Assembly: GCA_014239265.1 (NCBI GenBank)
Contig: JAAZZH010000001.1
Span: 16,382-80,381 of the forward strand
Length of the DNA stretch: 64,000 nucleotides
Reading direction: 5' to 3'
Source: Actinomycetota bacterium
GTDB lineage: Bacteria > Actinomycetota > Acidimicrobiia > Actinomarinales > Actinomarinaceae
Position 1 is the first letter of the stretch. Every line of letters begins with the position of its first letter. This document shows, in pieces, positions 1 through 13,939 of the stretch. A program made the translations under genes and the position numbers. The notes under the pieces are model-generated. The model had not been told where the DNA came from. It did no database searches and saw nothing but the letters and a program-made list of their open reading frames with translations.

Positions 1-657
1 CACCTAATGGTTGTTCTTGTAGACGAGAGACCCGAAGAAGTTACTGACATGCAGCGATCAGTTAATGGTGAAGTAATCTTTTCAACCTTTGATAGACCCC
101 CAGAAGAACATACTCAAGTTTCAAGACTTGCGATTGAAAGAGCAAAAAGGCTTACAGAAGAAGGTAAGGACGTTGTCATACTGCTTGATTCTATTACTCG
201 TTTGGCAAGAGCCCACAACTTAGCATCTCCAGCTAGTGGCCGAATACTCTCTGGTGGTTTAGATTCAACTGCTATTACGCCAGTAAAACAATTTTTTGGA
301 GCAGCTAGAAATATTGAGGGTGGCGGCAGCTTAACTATCCTCGGTACCGCTCTTGTTGAAACTGGATCTAAAATGGATGAAGTAATATTTGAAGAGTTTA
401 AAGGTACAGGAAATATGGAACTTAAACTAGACAGAGGTCTTGCTGACAAACGTGTATTCCCTGCAATTGATGTTACACCTTCCGGCACTAGAGAAGAACA
501 AAGACTTGTTTCTCCAGAGGAATTGCAGTCCTTATGGGCTCTAAGAAGGGTACTCGTGGGGCTAGAAAGCGGTGCCACTGAGCTTCTAATTGATAGGTTC
601 AAAACTGTTAAAACCAATGAAGCCTTCTTAAAAGATGTCGCAAAAAACAACAAGTAA
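1..657 (+). CDS. rho: Transcription termination factor Rho, C-terminal part (5' end outside window)
   Basis: Frame is open back to base 1; motifs [38 protein letters not shown]. Confidence 0.97.
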   Translation, partial: HLMVVLVDERPEEVTDMQRSVNGEVIFSTFDRPPEEHTQVSRLAIERAKRLTEEGKDVVILLDSITRLARAHNLASPASGRILSGGLDSTAITPVKQFFGAARNIEGGGSLTILGTALVETGSKMDEVIFEEFKGTGNMELKLDRGLADKRVFPAIDVTPSGTREEQRLVSPEELQSLWALRRVLVGLESGATELLIDRFKTVKTNEAFLKDVAKNNK

Positions 658-659
658 GT

Positions 660-665
660 TAGAGT
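660..665 (+). promoter_or_regulatory. Putative -10 element (TAGAGT) of a leaderless rpmE transcript
   Basis: TAnnnT hexamer exactly 6 nt before the ATG at 672; no Shine-Dalgarno. Confidence 0.5.
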
Positions 666-671
666 GTAGAT

Positions 672-962
672 ATGAAACAAGGCATACATCCAGACTATAG
701 AGAAGTAGTTTTCCAAGATGAAGACGCAGGTTTTGCATTTCTCACTCGTTCTACAATTAAAACAAGTGAGACAATTTCTTGGGAAGATGGAAATGACTAT
801 CCGCTAGTTAAACTTGAAATATCTAGTGCAAGTCACCCATTTTTTACTGGTAAACAAAAACTTGTCGACTCCACAGGACGTGTAGAGAGATTTAAACAAA
901 GGTACGGTTCTACAAGTACCCGTCAAGCACCACAAGAAGCTTCTTCTCAAGAAGAAGAATAA
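672..962 (+). CDS. rpmE: 50S ribosomal protein L31, type B (zinc-free)
   Basis: MKQGIHPDY...[14 protein letters not shown]...GRVERF; no cysteines; has the WEDG insert typical of type B. Confidence 0.95.
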   Translation: MKQGIHPDYREVVFQDEDAGFAFLTRSTIKTSETISWEDGNDYPLVKLEISSASHPFFTGKQKLVDSTGRVERFKQRYGSTSTRQAPQEASSQEEE

Positions 963-982
963 CTTAATTTAATACACCCAAA

Positions 983-1894
983 ATGTCTAAAGACAATATT
1001 GCCTATGGAGGACAAGCTGTAATTGGTGGCGTCCTGATACAGAGTCCAAAGGGTTGGTCTCTCGCTGTAAGGGATCAAAAAAATCAAATTCATAATTACT
1101 TTGAAAAAAGAACTCCATTAACACAAAGAGAGGGTATTTGGAAAATACCTTTCGTAAGAGGAGTGGGAGCGTTAATTGATTCTTTATATGTGGGCTATAA
1201 AGGCATATCACTTTCAGATACTTTATATTACGGAGAACAAGAAGAAGAGACACTTTTTACCAAAATTACTAATACTTTACTTATAGTGTCAATTTTGAGT
1301 CTTCTTATAGTCGGGCCAAGATTATTGATAGACCTCTTAAATCTTACCCAAACTGTGAAGGGATTTACTGAAGGCATTCTAAGAGGATTAATTGTTATTA
1401 CATATATCTACTTAGTTGGTAAAACAAAGGATGCTCAAGAGTTGTTTGAGTATCATGGCGCAGAACATATGACTATAGCATCATTCGAAGCTGAACATTC
1501 ACTTGAAATAGATGATGTTAAAAAATTTCCAAAAGAGCATATTCGATGTGGTACTTCTTTTATATTTTTAATAGTTTTTGTCAGCCTGTTGACTCTTCCG
1601 TTTATTCCAACTCTTAATTTATTTTTTACTCTTATCACACGATTATTACATGTTTTTGTTGTCGCAATGATTTCGTACGAAATACTAAAATTTAATTTTA
1701 AAAATAGTGATTCTTTAATCTCCAAAATTTTTGCAACTCCTGGAATTTGGACTCAAAAAATAACTACAAAAATACCTAGTGATGAACAGATTCAAGTTGC
1801 AATAATGTCCATGGCTAATTGTATTAAATATAGTGAAGATAATGCCCAATTTGATGAACTACTATCTACATCAAAGGAGTTTAAAAATGGATGA
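983..1894 (+). CDS. DUF1385 family membrane protein (putative metal-dependent enzyme)
   Basis: YGGQAVIGGV, FEYHGAEH, HIRCGTSF motifs; usual position between rpmE and prfA. Confidence 0.85.
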   Translation: MSKDNIAYGGQAVIGGVLIQSPKGWSLAVRDQKNQIHNYFEKRTPLTQREGIWKIPFVRGVGALIDSLYVGYKGISLSDTLYYGEQEEETLFTKITNTLLIVSILSLLIVGPRLLIDLLNLTQTVKGFTEGILRGLIVITYIYLVGKTKDAQELFEYHGAEHMTIASFEAEHSLEIDDVKKFPKEHIRCGTSFIFLIVFVSLLTLPFIPTLNLFFTLITRLLHVFVVAMISYEILKFNFKNSDSLISKIFATPGIWTQKITTKIPSDEQIQVAIMSMANCIKYSEDNAQFDELLSTSKEFKNG

Positions 1895-2969
1895 AGCATT
1901 AGTTGAGAAACTTACAGCCCTAGAAAGCTCTTTAGAAGAGATAGAAGCAGAACTCCAAAAGATGGATATATCATCAGATCCAAAAGCATATGCTGAATTA
2001 GCAAAAAGACATAGTGATGTTACTGCAATTGTTGTTCTTTTTAATGAATGGAGAACGCTTAACAGTGATATAGCTGATGCAGAAGAAATGTTAAAATCTG
2101 AAGAGGATGCTGATATGAAAACAGAGCTTGAGGCATTAGTGAGTGACTCAAAATCTTCAATTATTGACCTTACCGAAGATATAAAAATTGCACTTTTACC
2201 AAAAGATCCTCTTGATGAAAAAGATGTTTTAGTAGAGATACGTCCTGGTGCGGGTGGTGAAGAGGCAGCTATATGGGTTGGGGATTTATATAAAATGTAC
2301 ACTCGTTTTGCAGAGAGAAATACCTGGAACGTAGAGCCTATAGAACTTACAGCTTCAGATCAAGGAGGCTATAACAAAATTATTTTCTCAATTAAATCCA
2401 AAGGTGTATATTCAAAACTTAAGTTTGAGGCAGGAGCTCACAGAGTTCAAAGAATTCCTAAAACGGAGTCACAAGGTAGAGTACATACCTCAATAGCTAC
2501 TGTTGCAGTTCTTCCAGAAGCAGAAGAGGTTGACTTAAGTATTGCAGCAAATGATTTAAAAATTGATGTATATAGGTCTAGTGGACCTGGTGGTCAGAGT
2601 GTTAATACAACTGATTCCGCAGTAAGAATTACCTATATTCCCACAGGCTTAGTTGTGACCAGTCAAGATGAAAAATCACAATTAAAAAATAAAAATCAAG
2701 CAATGAGAATCTTACGAGCACGCCTACTAAAAGCACGACAAGATGAAGCTGCTGCCGAAAGAGCTAAAGACAGAAAAGAACAAGTAGGTTCCGGTGAGCG
2801 CTCAGATAAAATAAGAACTTATAACTATAAAGACAACAGAGTTTCAGATCATCGTATCAATTTAACAATTAAACGACTAGATCAAGTTTTAGACGGGGAC
2901 TTAGAAGATTTTGTCACGGCTTTGATTGCTGATCATGAAACTACACGTTTGGCTAACTTGGAAGAATAA
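1887..2969 (+). CDS. prfA: Peptide chain release factor 1
   Basis: GPGGQSVN (GGQ), PxT tripeptide (PKT), RTYNY; start moved to ATG 1887 behind AAGGAG. Confidence 0.96.
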   Translation: MDEALVEKLTALESSLEEIEAELQKMDISSDPKAYAELAKRHSDVTAIVVLFNEWRTLNSDIADAEEMLKSEEDADMKTELEALVSDSKSSIIDLTEDIKIALLPKDPLDEKDVLVEIRPGAGGEEAAIWVGDLYKMYTRFAERNTWNVEPIELTASDQGGYNKIIFSIKSKGVYSKLKFEAGAHRVQRIPKTESQGRVHTSIATVAVLPEAEEVDLSIAANDLKIDVYRSSGPGGQSVNTTDSAVRITYIPTGLVVTSQDEKSQLKNKNQAMRILRARLLKARQDEAAAERAKDRKEQVGSGERSDKIRTYNYKDNRVSDHRINLTIKRLDQVLDGDLEDFVTALIADHETTRLANLEE

Positions 2970-2970
2970 A

Positions 2971-3720
2971 GTGAACATTAGAAATATACCAGAATATGAA
3001 TTAGCTCGATTGAGAGAAAAAGCAAAAGAGATAAATGGTTCACCTACAGACTATGAAAATGAGTATTCGACCCTATTAACAAGAAGACTTAACCACGAAC
3101 CCTTGCAGTACATAGAAGAGTTTGTACCTTTTTACACCATTCAATTGAAAGTTGATCAGCGTTGTTTAATACCTAGACCTGAAACAGAGTATCTTATTGA
3201 GCTAATCAAAGAAAATACTGAACCCTCCAAAGGCATTTTAGATATTGGAACTGGTTCAGGGTGTATTGCTTTAATGATGAAAGTTTTATTTCCTGATGTT
3301 GAAGTTTCCGGTATAGATATTTCCCAAGAAGCATTAAGCATTGCAATTGAAAATGCACAACTGAACTCAATACCTGTAAATTTTTATCAATCCGATCTGT
3401 TAGAAAATGTTAAAACTAAAAGTGTTGATTTAATAATTGCAAATCTTCCGTATATACCTCAGGATAATTTAGATGACCTTGATAAAGAGGTTATTGATTA
3501 TGAACCTCTAATTGCATTAAACGGGGGAGTAGATGGTTTAGAAATAATATCAAGATTAATACAACAAATTGAAAGTAATGACCTCACCAACTTAACACTT
3601 TGTCTTGAGATTGACTCAACAAAGTCAAAACAAACTTTAGATTTATTGGCAGACTGGAAAGATGTCAAATTACTAAAAGATTTAGCTGAAAGGGATCGCT
3701 ATGTTTTTGCAACTAGATAA
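2971..3720 (+). CDS. prmC: Release factor glutamine methyltransferase
   Basis: EPLQYI, LIPRPETE, LDIGTGSGCIA, NLPY (NPPY variant); follows prfA; start reassigned to GTG 2971. Confidence 0.9.
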   Translation: MNIRNIPEYELARLREKAKEINGSPTDYENEYSTLLTRRLNHEPLQYIEEFVPFYTIQLKVDQRCLIPRPETEYLIELIKENTEPSKGILDIGTGSGCIALMMKVLFPDVEVSGIDISQEALSIAIENAQLNSIPVNFYQSDLLENVKTKSVDLIIANLPYIPQDNLDDLDKEVIDYEPLIALNGGVDGLEIISRLIQQIESNDLTNLTLCLEIDSTKSKQTLDLLADWKDVKLLKDLAERDRYVFATR

Positions 3721-4288
3721 TTTAGATGAAGCTGTAAATAAAATTAAAGAGAATCAAATTGTAGGTATTCCCACTGAAACTGTCTACGGGATTGGTGTTA
3801 ATCCAAATTCTGAGGAAGCAGTAGATAATCTCTTTAAAATCAAAAAAAGAGATGATGGCAAACCGGTCTCATTGCTCGTACATTCTTTTGCTGAATTAAG
3901 AAACCTTAATATAAAAACAGAAATACCTGAAGTGGTTGAGTTATATTGGCCTGGTCCATTGACAGTAGTTGTTGAGGTAGAGGAGGCATTCCCACTCGGC
4001 GTAGGAACCATCAATCCTAATTCAGTTGGAATTAGAGTACCTGAAAATGAATTAGCACTTGAACTATTAAAACAAACTGGACCTTTAGCAGTTACTAGTG
4101 CAAATATTTCAGGGAGTAATGAGGCAAATAATCACATTGAAGCTGAAAATATATTTGGTAATTCCGTTTCAGCCTATTTGGAAGGTTATGCAACTCACGG
4201 GGATGGTTCAACAGTTGTAGACCTGAGAATCGAGGGAGGAAAAATCTTAAGGCAAGGTCCATTAAAGTGGCCACCAAGTTACTGTTAA
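3701..4288 (+). CDS. tsaC: L-threonylcarbamoyladenylate synthase (YrdC/TsaC)
   Basis: PTETVYG, KKR, WPGPLT, TSANISG motifs. Confidence 0.93.
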   Translation: MFLQLDNLDEAVNKIKENQIVGIPTETVYGIGVNPNSEEAVDNLFKIKKRDDGKPVSLLVHSFAELRNLNIKTEIPEVVELYWPGPLTVVVEVEEAFPLGVGTINPNSVGIRVPENELALELLKQTGPLAVTSANISGSNEANNHIEAENIFGNSVSAYLEGYATHGDGSTVVDLRIEGGKILRQGPLKWPPSYC

Positions 4289-4291
4289 GAT

Positions 4292-5560
4292 ATGAATATG
4301 GATATTAATGGTGCTTCACAAAAGAACTTATCAGATGTCGATGTCGAAATTTCAAATTTAATAGATGAAGATTTAAGTAGACAGAATTCTCATATTCACT
4401 TGATTGCATCTGAAAACTTTGCATCTAAAGCAGTAATGGAGGCATCAGGATCAATTCTCACAAACAAATATTCTGAAGGCTTTCCTGGTAGAAGATACTA
4501 TGAAGGATGTGAGACTGTTGATGAAATAGAACAACTAGCTATAGATAGAGCTTGCGAACTTTTTGATGCTGATCACGCAAATGTTCAACCTCACTCTGGA
4601 TCCTCAGCAAATATGGCTGTTTATCTTCAATTATTAAATGCTGGAGATACTGTAATGGGGATGAATCTTGATCAAGGGGGTCACCTGACACACGGTTCCC
4701 ATGTAAATTTTTCTGGCCGGATGTATAATTTTGTCGGTTATGGCTTAAATAAGGACACTGAATTAATTGATATGGAGGAGGTTGAGAAACTTGCCCACCA
4801 ACATAAACCAAAATTATTGATAGCCGGTTACTCCTCTTATTCACAAAATTTAGACTTCAAAGCCTTTAGGGAAATAGCTGATTCAATAAATGCAAATTTT
4901 ATGGTTGATGCAGCGCATTTTATTGGATTGGTAGCTGGTAAGGTTGTCGATAATCCGATGGAGTACGCAGATATTGTTACTGCGACGACCCATAAAGCTC
5001 TTAGAGGGCCGAGGGGTGGACTCATACTTTCTAAAGAAGAATTTGCAAAAGATGTAGATAAAAATATTTTTCCTGGCGCACAGGGTGGAGCAATAAACAA
5101 TCAAATAGCTGCAAAAGCAGTTTGTTTCAAGGAAGCGTTATCAGACGATTTTAAAACGTACGCACAACAGATTTTAAAGAATGCCAAAGCACTAGCAGAC
5201 TCATTCTCAAACGAGGGACTAAGGGTTGTTAGTGGAGGAACCGTCAACCATATTGTCTTAGTTGATACTCAGAGTGTGGATGAAGAACTCACAGGAAAAG
5301 AAGCTGGTATTTTATTGAACGAAATGGGTATAACTCTCAATAGAAACGCAATACCATTTGATACAAGATCTCCCTTTGTAACATCAGGTATACGCATGGG
5401 AACACCAGCAGTTACAACCTGCGGTATGAAAGAAGAGCAGTTAACTACAGTTGGTTTATTAATCTCTGATATTCTTAAAAATAGGAATGATGAAAAACAA
5501 TTATCAAATTTAAAAGCCCAGGTAAGAGATCTGGCAATAACACATCAACCGTATGCCTAA
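4292..5560 (+). CDS. glyA: Serine hydroxymethyltransferase
   Basis: [43 protein letters not shown]. Confidence 0.97.
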   Translation: MNMDINGASQKNLSDVDVEISNLIDEDLSRQNSHIHLIASENFASKAVMEASGSILTNKYSEGFPGRRYYEGCETVDEIEQLAIDRACELFDADHANVQPHSGSSANMAVYLQLLNAGDTVMGMNLDQGGHLTHGSHVNFSGRMYNFVGYGLNKDTELIDMEEVEKLAHQHKPKLLIAGYSSYSQNLDFKAFREIADSINANFMVDAAHFIGLVAGKVVDNPMEYADIVTATTHKALRGPRGGLILSKEEFAKDVDKNIFPGAQGGAINNQIAAKAVCFKEALSDDFKTYAQQILKNAKALADSFSNEGLRVVSGGTVNHIVLVDTQSVDEELTGKEAGILLNEMGITLNRNAIPFDTRSPFVTSGIRMGTPAVTTCGMKEEQLTTVGLLISDILKNRNDEKQLSNLKAQVRDLAITHQPYA

Positions 5561-5762
5561 AAAAAATAATCTTAACCTTCAAGACTTTGGTCCAGTAACT
5601 TCCTTTTCAACATCGATCATTAGCGGACTACTTATTGGGCTCTTAATTCAATACTTTATTGGCTATGAACCAGTTCCAGTAATTATATTTGTTTTAATAG
5701 GTATCTATGATGGCTCAAGAAGAATGTGGCAAATCTCCAAAAAGTTAGAGAATAACTTATGA
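5553..5762 (+). CDS. AtpZ/AtpI-family small membrane protein
   Basis: 69 aa, two hydrophobic segments, first gene of the atp cluster. Confidence 0.7.
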   Translation: MPKKNNLNLQDFGPVTSFSTSIISGLLIGLLIQYFIGYEPVPVIIFVLIGIYDGSRRMWQISKKLENNL

Positions 5763-6146
5763 ATGTGGAGTTAATACTTGCTACTCGTATGCTTAAACGA
5801 TCTTTTCCAATTTATACACTTGTCCCGTTATTGTTCTTAATTAAGTCAACAGAATCTATGATCACATCTCTCGTTTCTGGTTTGATTGTTGCATCAGGTT
5901 TTTATTTGGGAGCTTTTCTAATGTCTTTTGCTGCAAATATCTCACTTAACTTTTATTATTTCTCAGCTTTATTTGGCTACGTAGCAAGATTAATTTACAT
6001 ATTTGGATTTCTCTTATTATTTAGAAACCTATATCCTATTGATGAAATGGCAATGTCACTGACAGTGCCTATTGTTTTTTTGAGCATGTTATTTTTAGAA
6101 ATGGCTATGGTTATAAAGAGAAAAGACACAGATTTAGATTGGGCAA

Positions 6147-6163
<17 letters not shown>
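5759..6163 (+). CDS. atpI: ATP synthase protein I-like membrane protein
   Basis: About four hydrophobic helices; directly upstream of atpB. Confidence 0.65.
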
Positions 6164-7174
<1,011 letters not shown>

Positions 7175-7183
7175 GATTAACAA

Positions 7184-7729
7184 ATGACTTTAAATTTAAA
7201 CGTATTTTACGCAGAAGCTGAAGAAGCTGGCTCAGGAGTAGATTTACTACTCCCGGCAACATCAGAATTAGTAGCTGGTGTGGCTGCATTTGCCATTGTC
7301 TTTTTCTTTGTATGGAAGTGGGCACTACCAGCCTTAAATACAACTCTTGAAGAAAGAGCTGCGTCAATTGAAGGACAAATTGAAGCTGCTGAAGCAACAA
7401 AAGCGGAAGCAGAAGCAACAAAAGCTGAATATGCAAAGTTAGTTTCAGATGCTAATTCAGAAGTTCAAAAAATAATTGATGAAGGTAAAGCTGCTGCAGA
7501 AAAAGTAAAAGAAGAAATTATCGATCAAGCTAGACAAGATGCTGAAGCAATTGTTGAAAAAGCTAAGTCCGACTCTGAAGCTGAGAAAGAAAGATTATCA
7601 TCAGAGATAAGTTCTCAGGTAGCAGATCTGTCATTAGCAATTTCACAAAAAGTAGCTGCATCAATGTCTGAAAAAGATCAACAAAATTTAATTGATAAAT
7701 TCATTAAAGACATGGAGACATCAAGCTAA
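7184..7729 (+). CDS. atpF: F0F1 ATP synthase subunit b
   Basis: Single TM helix followed by an A/E/K-rich coiled coil; operon position. Confidence 0.92.
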   Translation: MTLNLNVFYAEAEEAGSGVDLLLPATSELVAGVAAFAIVFFFVWKWALPALNTTLEERAASIEGQIEAAEATKAEAEATKAEYAKLVSDANSEVQKIIDEGKAAAEKVKEEIIDQARQDAEAIVEKAKSDSEAEKERLSSEISSQVADLSLAISQKVAASMSEKDQQNLIDKFIKDMETSS

Positions 7730-8257
7730 ATGGGTACAGAATCTTTTTCTAAAGGGTTAGTAGAAATTATTTCATCTTCTGACGACAGTGTGAAAATTGA
7801 AGAGGAATTCCTCCAAGTTCTTCAAGTGCTAAACAGCAATACTGAAGCGTTAGATGTATTTAGAAATTTTGGTATACCTGCAGATAAGAAAATTGAAGCG
7901 ATAAGTAGTATATTTTCAAAAAGGGTTACTTCAATGACTCTTGATTTAATAACACTTACTATCTCTCAAGGCTATGCGGATAACTTGTCAGATATTGAAC
8001 AGCAAGTTTCTAACTATATTGCTGAAAAAAGAGGTGCAGCATTAGCAAAGGTTATTTCAGCTGTTGAATTAAATGACTCAACTCAGAATGATCTCAAAGC
8101 TGCTCTAAAAAGCAAGTTAGGCAGAGATATAGAGTTAAGTCTTAAAGTTGACTCCTCTGTAATAGGAGGAATAAAAGTAAGTATTGGAGAAAGAACCTTT
8201 GATGGATTGCTTTCATCAAAATTTTCAGATATACAAACAGTATTAGAAGGAAGGTAA
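7730..8257 (+). CDS. atpH: F0F1 ATP synthase subunit delta
   Basis: [18 protein letters not shown] motif; operon position. Confidence 0.9.
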   Translation: MGTESFSKGLVEIISSSDDSVKIEEEFLQVLQVLNSNTEALDVFRNFGIPADKKIEAISSIFSKRVTSMTLDLITLTISQGYADNLSDIEQQVSNYIAEKRGAALAKVISAVELNDSTQNDLKAALKSKLGRDIELSLKVDSSVIGGIKVSIGERTFDGLLSSKFSDIQTVLEGR

Positions 8258-8258
8258 T

Positions 8259-9779
8259 GTGAGCGATTTAAATATAGATCCAAAACAAATTTCAGAATCT
8301 CTAAAAGAAACTTTAGGGAATTGGTCAGACGAAGTAAAAGATGATTTAGTTGGTTATGTAGCTTCCATAGCTGATGGCGTCGCAAGGGTTAAAGGATTAG
8401 AGAATGCAATGTCTTCAGAACTTCTGGAATTTCCTGGGGGACTTTTAGGTGTTGCTCTCAACTTAGATGAAGACTCTATTGGTGTTGTATTGATGGGTGA
8501 CTCAGATCATATTCAAGAAGGTATGCCAGTAAAACAAACTGGTGAAGTTTTATCTATAGGTGTTGGCGATGGTTTTCTTGGAAGAGTTATTGATACTCTT
8601 GGAAACCCAATAGACGGTAAGGGACCAATCGAATTTACAGAGAGAAGATTAATGGAAACTCAAGCACCAACGGTCGTTGAAAGACAGCCTGTTGGTGAGC
8701 CACTTCAAACTGGTATAAAAGCTATTGACTCTATGATTCCAATTGGAAGAGGTCAAAGAGAATTAATAATTGGTGATAGAGGTATTGGTAAAACTGCAGT
8801 AGCAATTGACACAATTATTAATCAAAAAGACACAGATGTTAAGTGCATCTATGTTGCTATAGGTCAAAAATCTTCTACAGTTGCTGAAGTAGTAGCCAGA
8901 CTTGAAAGTGAAGGTGTTTTAGATAAAACAGTAATTGTTAATGCTCCGGCTTCTGCCGCTGCAGCACTACAAATGTATGCCCCTTATGCCGGATCAGCAA
9001 TTGGACAACATTGGATGTACAATGGCGAACACGCTTTAATTGTTTTTGACGATCTTTCAAAACAAGCTATCGCTTACAGGCAAATATCATTATTACTCAG
9101 AAGACCTCCAGGAAGAGAAGCTTATCCAGGTGACGTGTTTTATTTGCATTCACGACTTCTAGAACGTTGTGCAAAGGTGTCTGAAGACTTAGGCGGAGGA
9201 TCTATGACTGGCTTACCTATCATAGAAACAAAAGCTGGTGATGTATCTGCTTTTATTCCTACTAATGTAATTTCGATTACTGATGGACAAATATACCTAG
9301 AAAGTGAATTATTTTACTCTGGTGTTAGGCCCGCAGTAAACCCTGGTACTTCAGTTTCACGTGTTGGTGGTGCAGCTCAAACAAAAGCTATGAAAAAAGT
9401 TTCTGGACCATTAAGAATCAATCTAGCTCAGTTTAGGGAGCTCGAAGCTTTCGCAGAGTTTGGATCAGATTTAGACGCAGCATCACAGTCACAGTTGGAC
9501 AGAGGTATTCGAGTTGTTGAAATGTTAAAACAACCTCAATACGAACCAGTAGCAACAGAAGATCAAGTTATTGCACTTTACGCTGTTACAGAAGGTTATT
9601 TTGATAAAGTACCAGTTGATGGAATATATGAAGCAGAAAAGAATTTACTTGAATTCGTGAAAACACGATATTCAGACATGGTTAATACTATAAAAGAAAC
9701 AGGAGAGCTTCCGGGAGATGAATTAAAAGATGCCGTTATAGCTTTCGTTGCAACCTTGGAAACACCAGAAGAGGACTAA
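8259..9779 (+). CDS. atpA: F0F1 ATP synthase subunit alpha
   Basis: GDRGIGKT Walker [24 protein letters not shown]. Confidence 0.98.
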   Translation: MSDLNIDPKQISESLKETLGNWSDEVKDDLVGYVASIADGVARVKGLENAMSSELLEFPGGLLGVALNLDEDSIGVVLMGDSDHIQEGMPVKQTGEVLSIGVGDGFLGRVIDTLGNPIDGKGPIEFTERRLMETQAPTVVERQPVGEPLQTGIKAIDSMIPIGRGQRELIIGDRGIGKTAVAIDTIINQKDTDVKCIYVAIGQKSSTVAEVVARLESEGVLDKTVIVNAPASAAAALQMYAPYAGSAIGQHWMYNGEHALIVFDDLSKQAIAYRQISLLLRRPPGREAYPGDVFYLHSRLLERCAKVSEDLGGGSMTGLPIIETKAGDVSAFIPTNVISITDGQIYLESELFYSGVRPAVNPGTSVSRVGGAAQTKAMKKVSGPLRINLAQFRELEAFAEFGSDLDAASQSQLDRGIRVVEMLKQPQYEPVATEDQVIALYAVTEGYFDKVPVDGIYEAEKNLLEFVKTRYSDMVNTIKETGELPGDELKDAVIAFVATLETPEED

Positions 9780-9781
9780 AA

Positions 9782-12075
<2,294 letters not shown>

Positions 12076-12077
12076 CC

Positions 12078-12395
12078 ATGATTGTTAATGTAGTTAGTCC
12101 AGAGGAAGAATACTTTAGTGGCGAGTCAACAATGGTCGTTACGAGAACTCCAAATGGCGAAATTGGAATCTATAGTGGCCACGAAGCTACTGTAGCAACA
12201 ATATTGCCTGGTGGATTAACAATTGAACACTCTGGAGGTAAGGACAGCTACGCAGTATCTGGAGGCCTTCTTCAAATTACACCAGAAAAAGTAACTGTAC
12301 TTGGTGAAATCATTGAAAAGATTGATGGAGACCACGAGGCAGCAATTTTACGTGGCAAAGAATTAGTAGAAGACTTAACAGAACAAGATAGTTAA
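12078..12395 (+). CDS. atpC: F0F1 ATP synthase subunit epsilon (short form)
   Basis: VVSPE, GEIGI..GH, VSGG beta-sandwich motifs; last atp gene. Confidence 0.9.
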   Translation: MIVNVVSPEEEYFSGESTMVVTRTPNGEIGIYSGHEATVATILPGGLTIEHSGGKDSYAVSGGLLQITPEKVTVLGEIIEKIDGDHEAAILRGKELVEDLTEQDS

Positions 12396-12397
12396 TA

Positions 12398-13228
12398 ATG
12401 AAAAGCATACTCGCTTTTCATGCACACCCAGACGATGAATCAGTATCAACAGGTGTCACTTTAGCAAAATATGCAGCTGAAGGGCATAGAGTAGTTGTTG
12501 CCACCGCAACAGATGGCTCTGCTGGAGAGATTCATAACTACGATAATCCAGAAGAACTTTTTCCTAAACTCGCTGAAATGAGAAGAAAAGAGTTAGAGGC
12601 AAGCCTTGAAGCACTTGATGTTAAAGAGTATGAATGGATGGGGTTTAAAGATTCTGGAATGATGGGTACTAGTGAAAATGATGATCCAGATTGTTTCTGG
12701 AGACAAAACTATTTTGATCCTGTTGGAAAACTTGTCGACATAATTAGAAAATATAAACCTGATGCTTTAATCACATACGATCCTTTTGGAGGCTATGGTC
12801 ATCCAGATCATATTCAGACACATAGAATCGGAACCGCAGCCTACTTTGCTGCCAGTGATTTAGACAAATTTCCTCTAAAAGAGGGTCAAGAAGTCTGGAT
12901 ACCAGAGCGTCTGTATTACAGTGCCTGGTCTAAGACAAGAATGCAATCAAGAAGGCAACAAATGTTTGATGCTGGAATTATTTCAGAAGAAGAGTTCAAT
13001 AGATTTAACCCAATTGGCAGTGAACATGATGATATAGATGTTGAAGTTGATGGCACAAAGTATGTTGAGCATAAAATTAATTCTATGAAAGCTCATCGAA
13101 CTCAGTTTAAAGATGATTGGTGGGGTTTTAATATCCCAGATGAATTTAAAGAGGACTTTTTAGGATATGAAAATTATATTTTAGCCTTTAATCGAGGTGA
13201 ATGGTCCTCTCCGTCTGAACTAATTTAG
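12398..13228 (+). CDS. PIG-L family deacetylase, MshB/Mca-like (mycothiol metabolism)
   Basis: HAHPDDE, DSGMMG, YDPFGGYGHPDH motifs. Confidence 0.8.
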   Translation: MKSILAFHAHPDDESVSTGVTLAKYAAEGHRVVVATATDGSAGEIHNYDNPEELFPKLAEMRRKELEASLEALDVKEYEWMGFKDSGMMGTSENDDPDCFWRQNYFDPVGKLVDIIRKYKPDALITYDPFGGYGHPDHIQTHRIGTAAYFAASDLDKFPLKEGQEVWIPERLYYSAWSKTRMQSRRQQMFDAGIISEEEFNRFNPIGSEHDDIDVEVDGTKYVEHKINSMKAHRTQFKDDWWGFNIPDEFKEDFLGYENYILAFNRGEWSSPSELI

Positions 13229-13231
13229 TTA

Positions 13232-13939
13232 ATGTCAGTTAAAGTTTTACTCGTAGAAGATGAAAAAAGTATCGCAGATGGAATTATTTATAACCTTAAA
13301 AATGAAGGTTTAAAAGTTACCCATGTTGATGATGGAAAAATTGCTCTTGATATTTTTGATGAAGAACATTTTGATCTAATCATATTAGATATTATGCTTC
13401 CGGAAGTTTCTGGTCTTGAAATTTGCAAAGCAATAAGAAAATCTTCAAACATACCAATAATTATGTTGACTGCCAAAGATGACGAAAACGATAAAATCAA
13501 CGGCTTAGAAATGGGTGCAGATGACTATATAACTAAACCATTTTCAGTTAAAGAGCTAATAAGTAGAGTAAAAGCTGTTTTGAGAAGGACAAAAAAAACA
13601 GAATTAATGCACGGGGTAGAAGAAGACTTAAATTTTGCCAAAGAAATAACTATAGGAAATATTGCCATGAATCCTTTAAGGTATGAAACAAAAATAGATA
13701 ATGAAATAATTGAATTGAGACCTAGGGAATTTGAATTACTTTATTATCTTTGTGAAAATGCCGGAAATATAGTTTCTAGAGACAAACTCTTTAGTAAAGT
13801 TTGGGGATACAGTTTTGCTGGAAATTCTAAAACTCTTGATGTACACATCCAAAGAATACGTGAAAGAATAGAAGTAAATCCAAAGTCGCCAAAAAGATTG
13901 GTAACCATAAGAGGTGTAGGATATAAATTAAATGACTGA
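13232..13939 (+). CDS. regX3: OmpR/PhoB-family response regulator, RegX3-like
   Basis: LVEDE, LDIMLP (phospho-Asp), MLTAK, KPF, winged helix LDVHIQRIR...TIRGVGY; phosphate genes downstream. Confidence 0.8.
   Translation: MSVKVLLVEDEKSIADGIIYNLKNEGLKVTHVDDGKIALDIFDEEHFDLIILDIMLPEVSGLEICKAIRKSSNIPIIMLTAKDDENDKINGLEMGADDYITKPFSVKELISRVKAVLRRTKKTELMHGVEEDLNFAKEITIGNIAMNPLRYETKIDNEIIELRPREFELLYYLCENAGNIVSRDKLFSKVWGYSFAGNSKTLDVHIQRIRERIEVNPKSPKRLVTIRGVGYKLND

Noticed and set aside
7380-7430. Repeated GAAGCAACAAAAGC in atpF
   Set aside because: It encodes the EATKAE heptad repeat of the subunit b coiled coil; not a separate DNA element.
13932-13939. Programmed frameshift fusing the regulator and kinase (and likewise the two ALDH ORFs at 31052-31055)
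   Set aside because: No slippery heptamer or downstream structure; the short start/stop overlaps are ordinary translational coupling seen throughout the window.
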